Below are positions 28,501-37,116 of a DNA stretch of 64,000 nucleotides, in pieces. The translations under genes and the position numbers were made by a program. Under the pieces are notes generated by a model. That model was not told the DNA's origin, did not search any database, and saw only the letters and a program-made list of their open reading frames with translations. Source of the stretch: a virus; the IMG/VR virus record IMGVR_UViG_3300025840_003125. One strand, given 5' to 3'. Within the stretch, counting starts at the first letter, position 1; each line of letters begins with the position of its first letter.

Positions 28501-30639
28501 GTGTATATTATGACAAAAAACACTATGAAAAATAAATCGCAACTTGCAAAGTTGCTTGCTACTGAAAATATTGAAGTACAAGAAAACCAAGTACAAACTG
28601 CTTCGTTTGATGTAGTCAATAGAATATTAACAATCCCTATTTTTAAAGAAGAACAAAAAAGTAAACATGTTTATGACATGTTAGTAGGACACGAAGTATC
28701 CCATGCTTTATATACACCATCTGATTCATGGAAAGAGATGTCAAAAAGAACTAAAGAATTTAAGTCATTTGTTAACGTTATTGAAGACGCTAGAATTGAC
28801 AAGTTAATACAAAAGAAATATCCTGGTCTTGTTGATGACTACTTAAAAGGTTTTGATAAGATGTACAAGGATAACTTCTTTGGCACTAAAGGTAAAGATA
28901 TTATGACTTATGCGTTGATTGATAAAATCAACCTATACTATAAGTCTTCAAAAAGATTAGATTTTAAATTTACTAACAAAGAAAAAATATTAGTTGACGC
29001 TGTTGATAAATGTAAAAGTTTTGATGACGTGTGTAAACTTGCTGAAGATATACTTGGTTATTGTAAAGATGAATTAAAGAAGAAACCTGAATTACAAAAA
29101 GTTTACAAACAAGATCCATCAGGTAAAAAAGGTGATGAGTCAGAAACCGATAGTAATGATTCAGATAAAACTACAGACGAAAAATTAGATGAATGGTTAG
29201 ATAAAAAATCAGAGTCAGATGACGCTGATGAGAAGGCAAAGAAAAAAGAATCAAATCAAACTGGTGGTAACGGTGCTGGGTTACCTGACAATACACCTAC
29301 AGAATTGAGAGCATTAACTGCTGACAATTATGAAAATTCAGTTAAGGGTATTACAGACGAATCTGCTCATACTAGATGTTATGCTGAACTACCTAAAGTT
29401 GATCTTAAAAAATTAATTATTCCTTATAACAAGTTTATTAGAGATATTATGGTTTACGATAAACAACATCATAATACAGAATATGATAAACAACAAATCA
29501 ATAAGGCAAAAGTTAGAACTCAAAAATTTATTAAAGAGTCTTCTAATGTTGTTAATTTTTTAGTTAAAGAATTTGAGATGAAAAAAAATGCTAAGTTATA
29601 TGCTCGTGCTTCACAGGATAAAACAGGTATTATTGATCCTCTAAAATTACATAGTTACAAATATGCTGAAGATATATTTAAAAAGATTACAACTGTGCCT
29701 AATCAAAAAAATCACGGTATGATTTTATTACTTGATTGGTCTGGTTCAATGCAAAAACATATTCTACCTACCGTAGAACAATTATTGAACTTAACTTTAT
29801 TCTGTAAAAAGATTAATATACCTTTTTCAGTTTATGCGTTTATGAATAATCATAGAGAAACCAAAGATGACTATACTAAATCTGGTTTTTCTGTAACTAA
29901 TAAAACTATTCAACCAGACGCTTCTACAAAACTTGTACAATTGTTTTCACATAAACAATCAAAAGTTGATTATATGAGATGTGCTACTATATTACATAGG
30001 GCTGCAATGTACTTTGGTGACTACGGTGGATGGAGAAGAAATTATAATGAAGATGAATCAGTACCTTCTATTTCAGGTGACTACTACCTATCATCTACAC
30101 CTCTTAATGAATCACTTGTGGGTATGGATCACATAATTAAAAAGTTTAAAAAAGATTACAATACTGATAAATTATCACTTGTTACTTTAACAGATGGTGC
30201 TTCTAATTCAATGAATAGACTAGGTCAAGGTGACTTATACTTAAAACTAAACGGCAAATATCAAATGGCTGGTAGTTACTATATGGATAAAAAAGATTTT
30301 ACAAGTGTTATGTTAAGATACTTAAAAAAGAAATACGATTTACAAACTATCGGTTTCTATCTAGTTTCAAAATATAGAGAACTACAATACCAATTGAGAG
30401 TACCTTACAATAAAGAGATATTGGCTAGAAAAATGTTTACTAAAGATAAATTTATCGCTGATTATGATACTGCTTATGATGTTTACTTTTATGTTAACTC
30501 TGGCACTAGAGTTGCTAACCAAGTATTCGAATCAGATTCAACTGATAAGAGAACTTTAAAAAAGATGTTTATGTCGGGAATGAAAAAACGAATCAATTCC
30601 AGAGTATTATTACAAAACTTTATCAAAAGGATCGCATAA
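28501..30639 (+). CDS. CobT-like protein: N-terminal HExxH domain plus C-terminal vWA domain (start may be ATG 28510)
   Basis: GHEVSH, NVIEDARI, MIDAS DWSGS, LTDG; adjacent to a MoxR/CobS ATPase. Confidence 0.8.
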   Translation: MYIMTKNTMKNKSQLAKLLATENIEVQENQVQTASFDVVNRILTIPIFKEEQKSKHVYDMLVGHEVSHALYTPSDSWKEMSKRTKEFKSFVNVIEDARIDKLIQKKYPGLVDDYLKGFDKMYKDNFFGTKGKDIMTYALIDKINLYYKSSKRLDFKFTNKEKILVDAVDKCKSFDDVCKLAEDILGYCKDELKKKPELQKVYKQDPSGKKGDESETDSNDSDKTTDEKLDEWLDKKSESDDADEKAKKKESNQTGGNGAGLPDNTPTELRALTADNYENSVKGITDESAHTRCYAELPKVDLKKLIIPYNKFIRDIMVYDKQHHNTEYDKQQINKAKVRTQKFIKESSNVVNFLVKEFEMKKNAKLYARASQDKTGIIDPLKLHSYKYAEDIFKKITTVPNQKNHGMILLLDWSGSMQKHILPTVEQLLNLTLFCKKINIPFSVYAFMNNHRETKDDYTKSGFSVTNKTIQPDASTKLVQLFSHKQSKVDYMRCATILHRAAMYFGDYGGWRRNYNEDESVPSISGDYYLSSTPLNESLVGMDHIIKKFKKDYNTDKLSLVTLTDGASNSMNRLGQGDLYLKLNGKYQMAGSYYMDKKDFTSVMLRYLKKKYDLQTIGFYLVSKYRELQYQLRVPYNKEILARKMFTKDKFIADYDTAYDVYFYVNSGTRVANQVFESDSTDKRTLKKMFMSGMKKRINSRVLLQNFIKRIA

Positions 30640-30657
30640 ATAAAGGGTTTTTTTCGC

Positions 30658-30686
30658 TTGACTTTTACCCCAAAAAATGATAGCAT
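30658..30686 (+). promoter_or_regulatory. Early sigma70-type promoter
   Basis: TTGACT-N17-TAGCAT. Confidence 0.7.
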
Positions 30687-30720
30687 ATATGTATAACTTA
30701 AATATGAAAGGACTTATATT

Positions 30721-31923
30721 ATGATTGAGTTAAATAAAACACAAAAAACTGTATTGAAAGTATTAAAAGATACTTACAATAAAGATACGGTGACTAGGGC
30801 AGAGATTAATGCTCTTGTTAAAAAGAAGGTTATCAAAAATCCTTCTTGGTTGAAATCAGACAAGTACAAAGTTGACAGAGGAGTTTATACTCTTAATGTT
30901 GACTCTATGGATGATACAACCACAGTTGATACAACTGATACTAAAATTTCCAATGATACAAAGGCTGCTTACATTGTGTCTTCATTGACCGACAATGTTG
31001 TACCTGCTAAGGATACAGACTTTGTTAACTTTGGTAATTACGCTGATATTAAAAATATCGTAAAATCTAAAAAGTTTTATCCTGCGTTTATTACAGGACT
31101 TTCTGGTAATGGTAAGACACTTGCTGTTACACAGGCATGTGCTGAATCAAAACGTGAAATGATTAGATGTAATATTACGATTGAAACCGATGAGGACGAT
31201 TTACTTGGTGGTTACAGACTAAAAGATGGTCAGACCGTATGGCAAAATGGTCCTGTTATTGAGGCGATGGAGAGAGGCGCTGTTCTTTTACTTGATGAGA
31301 TTGACCTTGCAAGTAATAAGATTATGTGTTTACAACCTATCCTTGAAGGTTCGGGTGTTTATGTTAAAAAGATAAACAAGTTTGTTAAACCTAAACTTGG
31401 CTTTAATGTGATTGCAACTGCTAACACTAAAGGTCAAGGTAGTGATGACGGTAAGTTTATCGGTACTAATGTTCTTAACGAGGCATTCCTTGAAAGATTT
31501 CCAGTTACATTTGAACAACAATATCCTTCTGCCAAAGTAGAAGAAAAAATTGTTGCTCAGAAACTTGTAAGTGCTGGCAAAAAAGATGACAAGTTTGCTC
31601 ATAATCTAGTTACTTGGGCTGACGTTATAAGAAAAACTTATAATGATGGCGGCGTTGATGAGATTATAAGTACCAGAAGACTTGTCCATATTGCAGAAGC
31701 ATATGGTATCTTTAAAAATAAAATGAAGGCAATCGCTGTTTGTACTAATAGATTTGATGATGATACTAAAACATCATTTGTTGATCTATATTCAAAAGTA
31801 GATAGTGGTGCTTCAGTAGACCAAATTCTTGCTGATAAGAAGGCAGCCGAAGAGGCAGAGATATTATCAGAAAAGAAATCCGATGATAGTGAGGAAGATA
31901 GTGAAGATGACTTTTCTGTCTAA
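30721..31923 (+). CDS. cobS: CobS-like MoxR-family AAA+ ATPase
   Basis: GLSGNGKT, LLLDEID, ATANTKG, NEAFLERF, ISTRRL motifs. Confidence 0.88.
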   Translation: MIELNKTQKTVLKVLKDTYNKDTVTRAEINALVKKKVIKNPSWLKSDKYKVDRGVYTLNVDSMDDTTTVDTTDTKISNDTKAAYIVSSLTDNVVPAKDTDFVNFGNYADIKNIVKSKKFYPAFITGLSGNGKTLAVTQACAESKREMIRCNITIETDEDDLLGGYRLKDGQTVWQNGPVIEAMERGAVLLLDEIDLASNKIMCLQPILEGSGVYVKKINKFVKPKLGFNVIATANTKGQGSDDGKFIGTNVLNEAFLERFPVTFEQQYPSAKVEEKIVAQKLVSAGKKDDKFAHNLVTWADVIRKTYNDGGVDEIISTRRLVHIAEAYGIFKNKMKAIAVCTNRFDDDTKTSFVDLYSKVDSGASVDQILADKKAAEEAEILSEKKSDDSEEDSEDDFSV

Positions 31924-31945
31924 ATCTATCCATAGTGTAAGTCCG

Positions 31946-31978
31946 CTTGTGGGGGTTGTGCCCCACAAGTTAACTTTA
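31946..31978 (+). terminator. Probable terminator hairpin after cobS
   Basis: CTTGTGGGG-N6-CCCCACAAG followed by TTAACTTT. Confidence 0.6.
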
Positions 31979-31991
31979 AACAAGGAAAGTA

Positions 31992-32321
31992 ATGACAAAT
32001 TTTAAAGATAATAGTGGTTTAGAAGAATACAAACCAAAAATGTCACAAGAAGAACGTGATGAAAAAATGAAAAAGTTTTTAGCAAAGGGTGGAAAAATTG
32101 AAAAATTAAAACCAGGATACCCTATTAGTGTAGGTAGTTTAGATAAAAGTAAAAAACCAAGATACACAAAAGAAGATGTTTCTAAAGGACTTGCTGTTGG
32201 TAAAACAGCTAGACCTAATTATGATACATATAAAAAAGGATCATACCACGACTTTGATGTTGGTGGTGATAACCCACCAGTATGGGAAAAACAACCAAAA
32301 AATGAGATGGGAGGTAAATAG
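31992..32321 (+). CDS. Hypothetical protein
   Basis: AAGGA RBS; FLAKGGKIEKL motif seen in small phage proteins. Confidence 0.65.
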   Translation: MTNFKDNSGLEEYKPKMSQEERDEKMKKFLAKGGKIEKLKPGYPISVGSLDKSKKPRYTKEDVSKGLAVGKTARPNYDTYKKGSYHDFDVGGDNPPVWEKQPKNEMGGK

Positions 32322-32324
32322 ATA

Positions 32325-32567
32325 ATGGCCATTACAGTAGAAGTAAGAGGTGGCAATTTAGAGAAGGCTATGCGTGTTCTTAAAAAGAAAGTACAAAAGG
32401 CAGGGATTGTTAAAGATTTAAGATCAAAACAATATTTTTCTAAACCATCAGAAATAAAACGTGAAAAAGCAAAAGAACGTTCTAAAACAATCAGAAAAGC
32501 TCAAAAAGCAAATGATGAGATGTTAGGTTACAAGTACGTAAAAGGAGTTAAAGTTAAGAAAATTTAA
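32325..32567 (+). CDS. rpsU: Ribosomal protein bS21
   Basis: VEVRGGNLEKAMRVLKKK...YFSKPSEIKRE. Confidence 0.92.
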   Translation: MAITVEVRGGNLEKAMRVLKKKVQKAGIVKDLRSKQYFSKPSEIKREKAKERSKTIRKAQKANDEMLGYKYVKGVKVKKI

Positions 32568-32604
32568 GAATTTCTATGCCGTCTGTGTTGTATATATATT
32601 ATTA

Positions 32605-32712
32605 CTACGAGGCAATTCATAAGACCTAGTAGGGGTATAGAAAAAGGTAGAGAAATCTACCGAAAAAACGGTGATCTTTGCCAGTTTAACTCCGTGACAA
32701 AAGGAAACTGGC
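32605..32712 (+). ncRNA. Candidate structured RNA (three hairpins) between rpsU and hsp20
   Basis: CTACGAGG/CCTAGTAG; GGTAGA-GAAA-TCTACC; GCCAGTTT/AAACTGGC. Confidence 0.4.
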
Positions 32713-32713
32713 G

Positions 32714-32744
32714 CTTGAAATTATATAAATAATTATTATATAAT
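32714..32744 (+). promoter_or_regulatory. Composite hsp20 promoter (CTTGAA box, late TATAAATA, TATAAT)
   Basis: CTTGAAA at 32714, TATAAATA at 32724-32731, TATAAT at 32739-32744. Confidence 0.55.
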
Positions 32745-32748
32745 ACTA

Positions 32749-32807
32749 GACAATGCCTTATAGGGTTGTCAGAAAATTAACTTTGCTTAACAATAGGAGG
32801 TTACATG
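32749..32807 (+). promoter_or_regulatory. ROSE-like RNA thermometer in hsp20 leader
   Basis: TAACTTT(G)CT pairs with AGGAGGTTA leaving a bulged G opposite the SD; upstream hairpin GACAATGCC/GGGTTGTC. Confidence 0.65.
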
Positions 32808-33260
32808 ACCAATAAAGCACTATCAATTTTCAATCAATTAAGACCACTAACTGTAGGATTTGACGATACGTTCAGACATTTTGAATCAATGTTTGACCAT
32901 CAATTAGATCATATATCAACTACAGCTTTTCCACACTATAATATAGTTAAGATGGATAAGAATAAGTACGATATTCAAATCGCACTTGCTGGTTATAACA
33001 AAAAAGATATAGACATAAGCCTTGAGGAAGGTGTACTATCTGTTGAGTCTAAAAAAGTAGATGACAAGAAAACAGAAAAGGTAGACTCTGGAGGTGAAAT
33101 CTTACATAAAGGTATCGCTAAAAGATACTTTAAGAAGTCTTTTACAATCGCTGATGACGTTAAGGTTACAGGCGCTGAATTAAAGGACGGACTATTAAGA
33201 GTGTCTTTAGAAAGAGTTGTTCCAGAACATAAAAAACCTAGAACTATCTCAATCAAATAA
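32805..33260 (+). CDS. hsp20: Small heat shock protein (IbpA-like Hsp20)
   Basis: FPHYNI, IALAGY, LHKGIAKR.F, AELKDGLL, PEHKKPRTISI. Confidence 0.95.
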   Translation: MTNKALSIFNQLRPLTVGFDDTFRHFESMFDHQLDHISTTAFPHYNIVKMDKNKYDIQIALAGYNKKDIDISLEEGVLSVESKKVDDKKTEKVDSGGEILHKGIAKRYFKKSFTIADDVKVTGAELKDGLLRVSLERVVPEHKKPRTISIK

Positions 33261-33267
33261 AAAACCA

Positions 33268-33305
33268 ATACGTGCTATGTTTTAAACGCATAGCACGTAT
33301 AAATA
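33268..33305 (+). promoter_or_regulatory. 12-bp inverted repeat overlapping a late promoter
   Basis: ATACGTGCTATG/CATAGCACGTAT; TATAAATA at 33298-33305. Confidence 0.75.
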
Positions 33306-33311
33306 CTTAAT

Positions 33312-33363
33312 ATCGTTCAACTCAAATGAGTCGGAAGTAGGCACGTGCCGAAGGAACGCACCT
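33312..33363 (+). ncRNA. Glutamine riboswitch (glnA motif, glutamine-I class)
   Basis: ATCGTTC-A-ACTC(AAAT)GAGT-CGGAAGTA-GGC(ACGT)GCC-GAAG-GAACGC: P1, P2, E-loop, P3 three-way junction as in the glnA motif. Confidence 0.85.
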
Positions 33364-33386
33364 AACTAAAAAAAAAAGGAGGGTGT

Positions 33387-33542
33387 ATGAATTTCAAGTG
33401 GGATCTAACAAAGTTTATTAAAGAGGCAAGAGCAAAAAAATCTGCAACTGCTATTTTAAGAAAAAGATCAAAAGATTCAATTGCTAGACCAAAAGCAACT
33501 AAAAATATCACATCAAAAGATTCTCGTTTACAAGGTATATAG
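33387..33542 (+). CDS. Small basic peptide (51 aa) downstream of the glutamine riboswitch
   Basis: AGGAGG RBS; MNFKWDLTKFIKEARAKKSATAILRKRSKDSIARPKATKNITSKDSRLQGI; not in ORF track. Confidence 0.75.
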   Translation: MNFKWDLTKFIKEARAKKSATAILRKRSKDSIARPKATKNITSKDSRLQGI

Positions 33543-33546
33543 GATA

Positions 33547-33575
33547 TTGACAAATTGACGTGAATAGTATATAAT
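33547..33575 (+). promoter_or_regulatory. Sigma70 promoter for peroxiredoxin
   Basis: TTGACA-N17-TATAAT. Confidence 0.8.
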
Positions 33576-33600
33576 GTAATTATTATAAGGAGAAAATATT

Positions 33601-34125
33601 ATGAAAAAAGGTGATAGAGTACCAGAAGTAAATTTTAGAGTAAGATCGCTAGGCGAATGGACAGATACAAATACGAATACGTATTTTAAAGATAAGAGAG
33701 TTATACTGTTTTCATTACCAGGCGCTTTTACTCCTACATGTTCAACTCAACAATTACCAGGATACGAAAAATTATATAGTGTGTTTAAACAACACAATAT
33801 TGATGACATATATTGTATGTCAGTAAATGATTCGTTTGTTATGAATGCCTGGGCACAAAATCAAAAACTAGAAAACGTTAAAGTAATACCTGATGGTAAT
33901 GGTGACTTTACAGACGCAATGGATATGCTTGTAGAGAAAACTGTTATAGGTTTTGGTATGAGATCATGGAGATATGCTATGATTGTAAACAATGGTGTAA
34001 TAGAAGAAATGTTTGTAGAACCTGGTAAAGGTAACAATACATCAGGAGACCCTTATGAGGAATCTACTCCTGAAAAAGTTTTAAAATATCTACAAGCAAG
34101 TAGGCTTGACTCAAACGCAATTTAG
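33601..34125 (+). CDS. Peroxiredoxin (Prx5/Ahp1 type)
   Basis: LPGAFTPTCS, SVNDSFVM.AW, PDGNG.F, RSWRY motifs. Confidence 0.93.
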   Translation: MKKGDRVPEVNFRVRSLGEWTDTNTNTYFKDKRVILFSLPGAFTPTCSTQQLPGYEKLYSVFKQHNIDDIYCMSVNDSFVMNAWAQNQKLENVKVIPDGNGDFTDAMDMLVEKTVIGFGMRSWRYAMIVNNGVIEEMFVEPGKGNNTSGDPYEESTPEKVLKYLQASRLDSNAI

Positions 34126-34134
34126 TGATATAAT
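34106..34134 (+). promoter_or_regulatory. Sigma70 promoter (probably leaderless mRNA)
   Basis: TTGACT-N17-TATAAT; ATG 6 nt downstream. Confidence 0.75.
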
Positions 34135-34140
34135 AATATT

Positions 34141-34404
34141 ATGAAATACAATGAGGATAAAATCTTAAAAGAGATTAAAGAGTACATTGAGTCCACATAC
34201 GGACAACATTACTCGTCTGGTAAAGATGGTATCCAAACTTTAGATTTATTAAAGTCTATTGGAATTAAAAGTGATTTTTGTCAGGCAAATGCAATTAAGT
34301 ATTTGTCAAGGTATGGCAGAAAAAGTGGTTATAATCGTAAAGACTTGCTTAAAGCATTACATTATGTTATACTATTATTAAATAATGATAAGGATAAGAA
34401 ATGA
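34141..34404 (+). CDS. DUF3310-like protein
   Basis: TYGQHY, FCQANAIKYLSRYG.K, DLLKALHY. Confidence 0.75.
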   Translation: MKYNEDKILKEIKEYIESTYGQHYSSGKDGIQTLDLLKSIGIKSDFCQANAIKYLSRYGRKSGYNRKDLLKALHYVILLLNNDKDKK

Positions 34405-35066
34405 AAATAAGTGATAATACAATTAGTATATTAAGAAATTTTAGTGATATAAATGCTAATATACTATTTAAACCTGGTAAGAAACTATCTACAGTTTCTA
34501 CAATGAAAAACATTATGGCAGAAGCCAATGTTGAAGATGAGTTTGAAACTGAATTTGGTGTATATGATTTGCCAGAGTTTTTAAGAGCATTAGATTCTTT
34601 TACACAACCTGTATTGAATTTTAATGGTTCTGCAAACCTAAAAATACAAGATGAGAAGACATCTTTATCAGCAAGATATGCTTTTGCTGAAAAATCTACA
34701 TTGAGATATCCTTCTAAATCTATAACAATGCCAGACAAAACAGTATCGTTCTCATTGAACAATGCTGATTATGAGTCTGTTAAAAAATTATATACTAATT
34801 TAAGTCTACCTGATATTGCATTTAAAGGTGAAGATGGTAAGATTAAGTTAGTTGCATTAGATAAGAAGAATAGCAACTCTAACGAATCGTCTATTATTGT
34901 AGGCGAAACTGATATAGAGTTTACTGCATATATCAAGGCCGAGAATATGAAGATTATTCCTGGTGATTATGATGTTGCATTATCAAAGGCAAAGATTGCT
35001 CACTTCATAAACAAAAAGGTACAAGTACAATACTGGATCGCTTTAGAAGCTGACTCAACATTTTAA
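34401..35066 (+). CDS. gp45: Sliding clamp gp45
   Basis: ILRNFSDIN, FGVYDLPEFL, YWIALE motifs. Confidence 0.93.
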   Translation: MKISDNTISILRNFSDINANILFKPGKKLSTVSTMKNIMAEANVEDEFETEFGVYDLPEFLRALDSFTQPVLNFNGSANLKIQDEKTSLSARYAFAEKSTLRYPSKSITMPDKTVSFSLNNADYESVKKLYTNLSLPDIAFKGEDGKIKLVALDKKNSNSNESSIIVGETDIEFTAYIKAENMKIIPGDYDVALSKAKIAHFINKKVQVQYWIALEADSTF

Positions 35067-35075
35067 GGTTGTTAT

Positions 35076-36020
35076 ATGTCAGATTTTCTATGGGTTGAAA
35101 AATACCGTCCTAAAAAAATATCAGAATGTATCTTAACTGAAGATTTAAAGAATACCTTTAGTAAGTTTCTAATACAAAAAGAAATTCCTAATCTTCTCCT
35201 TTCAGGCACAGCAGGTACGGGTAAGACAACAGTTGCTCGTGCCTTGTGTGAAGAACTAGGTGCTGATTATTTAATCATCAATGGTTCAGATGAAGGTAGA
35301 CATATTGATACTTTACGTACCACAATCAAAAACTTCGCCTCTAGTGTATCACTAGAAGGTGGTTCTAATCATAAAGTTGTTATTATAGACGAGGCAGATT
35401 ATATGAATGCTGATAGTGTTCAACCTGCGTTGCGTAATTTCATTGAAACGTTTTACAAGAATTGTAGATTTATATTTACTTGTAATTTCAAAAACAAAAT
35501 CATACCTGCATTACATAGTCGTTGTACAGTTATTGATTTTCGTATTACTAATGGTCAGAAAGTAAAAACTGCTACTGCATTTCTTAAAAGACTAGGTGAT
35601 GTATTGAAGGCAGAGAATATAGAGTTTGATAACAAAGTACTTGCTGAACTAATACAAAGACACTATCCAGACTTTAGAAGAACGATAAACGAATTACAAA
35701 GATATTCTGTAAGAGGTAAGATAGATAGTGGTATACTTGTATCTATGTCAGAAATCAATAATAAACAATTGATTTCATTTCTAAAAGAGAAAAGGTTCGG
35801 TGATATGAGAAAATGGGTTGTTCAAAACCTTGATAAAGATCCATCTTCTTTGTTTACTGGTATCTATGATATTCTATATAAACATCTACAACCTCAATCT
35901 ATCCCTGCAGCCGTTCTAACAATTGCTGATTATCAATATAAATCAGCCTTTGTGGCAGACCATGAGATAAATATGGTTGCGTGCCTAACACAAATCATGG
36001 CAGAATGTAAATTTAAATAG
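35076..36020 (+). CDS. gp44: Clamp loader large subunit gp44
   Basis: LWVEKYRP, GTAGTGKTT, IIDEAD, LHSRC motifs. Confidence 0.96.
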   Translation: MSDFLWVEKYRPKKISECILTEDLKNTFSKFLIQKEIPNLLLSGTAGTGKTTVARALCEELGADYLIINGSDEGRHIDTLRTTIKNFASSVSLEGGSNHKVVIIDEADYMNADSVQPALRNFIETFYKNCRFIFTCNFKNKIIPALHSRCTVIDFRITNGQKVKTATAFLKRLGDVLKAENIEFDNKVLAELIQRHYPDFRRTINELQRYSVRGKIDSGILVSMSEINNKQLISFLKEKRFGDMRKWVVQNLDKDPSSLFTGIYDILYKHLQPQSIPAAVLTIADYQYKSAFVADHEINMVACLTQIMAECKFK

Positions 36021-36028
36021 AGGATGAA

Positions 36029-36184
36029 ATGGCAAGAAGAACATTTTTTAGAACTTTGATAGTGAAGTTAAGAATGTGGTATGCTGATATAAGAGGTCAT
36101 CACGGTAAGAGATGGGATTATGAACCAGGCGATTACTATATGGGTTCTCATAAAGGTCATAAGAAACACGAAAGAAAACACTAA
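36029..36184 (+). CDS. Small basic His-rich hypothetical protein (51 aa)
   Basis: GAGGA RBS; MARRTFFRTLIVKLRMWYADIRGHHGKRW...HKGHKKHERKH; not in ORF track. Confidence 0.55.
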   Translation: MARRTFFRTLIVKLRMWYADIRGHHGKRWDYEPGDYYMGSHKGHKKHERKH

Positions 36185-36190
36185 CAATGG

Positions 36191-36266
36191 GCCGCTTTAG
36201 CTCAGTTGGTAGAGCAACTGATTTGTAATCAGTAGGTCCGCGGTTCAAATCCGTGAAGCGGCACCA
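36191..36266 (+). tRNA. tRNA-Thr (anticodon TGT)
   Basis: Cloverleaf: acceptor GCCGCTT/AAGCGGC, D arm GCTCAGTTGGTAGAGC, anticodon arm ACTGA-TTTGTAA-TCAGT, T loop GGTTCAAATCC, encoded CCA. Confidence 0.95.
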
Positions 36267-36277
36267 GAAATTATATT

Positions 36278-36676
36278 ATGATAGAATACAAATTATCTGA
36301 TTATCTCAATGCACTTAACTGGACAAAAGTTAATTTGCTAGACGGAGATGATCTCACTTGGGAAAAGAAGTACCCACCATACGTAATAAATCGTTGTTTA
36401 TCACAGCATGTTGACGCTATAATGATGGCAAATGAGATGAATTTTCATCACGGCCTCACCAAACGTTTACAGTTTCATTTTCTACTAAATAGTATTCGTA
36501 AGAGAAAGAGGTTTGGTGGTAAGTGGACTACAACTACTAAATCAAAAAATTTAGAGTATGTAAAAGAATATTATGGTTATAGCAATGCAAAAGCAAAGGT
36601 AGCCCTTGACATACTGGATAAGAAACAATTGAATCTTATTAAGGAAAAACTTGATAAGGGTGGGAGAAAAAAATGA
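36278..36676 (+). CDS. gp62: Clamp loader small subunit gp62
   Basis: YPPYVINRCLS, VKEYYGYSN.KA motifs. Confidence 0.9.
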   Translation: MIEYKLSDYLNALNWTKVNLLDGDDLTWEKKYPPYVINRCLSQHVDAIMMANEMNFHHGLTKRLQFHFLLNSIRKRKRFGGKWTTTTKSKNLEYVKEYYGYSNAKAKVALDILDKKQLNLIKEKLDKGGRKK

Positions 36677-37107
36677 GTGACGAGAATTTTAATTGGTCAC
36701 CTGAGCAGATGTTAGAGGTTACACTCAAACAGCCAGATGACTTTCTAAAGATTAGGGAAACCTTGTCCCGAATAGGTGTTGCAAGTCGTAAAGATAAAAC
36801 TTTATTTCAAAGTTGTCACATACTACATAAACAAGGTAAATATTACATAGTACATTTCAAAGAACTTTTTGCTTTAGATGGTAAGAAAGCTACATTAGTT
36901 GAGAATGATATTCAAAGACGTAACACAATATCAGTTTTATTACAAGATTGGAATTTATTATCTATAGTCAAATCAGAGGCTGCTGAAAACAAAGCACCTT
37001 TATCACAAATCAAAATTATTGCTTTCAAAGAAAAAAACGAATGGAATTTGCAAGCAAAATATAACATCGGCAAGAAACAACCAACTGAAGAAAACAAAAC
37101 TGAATAG
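36673..37107 (+). CDS. regA: Translational repressor RegA
   Basis: DDFLKIRETLSRIG, QSCHILHKQGKYYIVHFKELF. Confidence 0.96.
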   Translation: MSDENFNWSPEQMLEVTLKQPDDFLKIRETLSRIGVASRKDKTLFQSCHILHKQGKYYIVHFKELFALDGKKATLVENDIQRRNTISVLLQDWNLLSIVKSEAAENKAPLSQIKIIAFKEKNEWNLQAKYNIGKKQPTEENKTE

Positions 37108-37116
37108 GAGTATATT

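Noticed and set aside
28501-31923. Cobalamin biosynthesis role for the CobS/CobT-like pair
   Set aside because: No CobN or other cob genes; a MoxR ATPase plus vWA chaperone pair is common in T4-like marine phages
36048-36248. Minus-strand 66-aa ORF
   Set aside because: It is the antisense reading of tRNA-Thr and the adjacent small ORF
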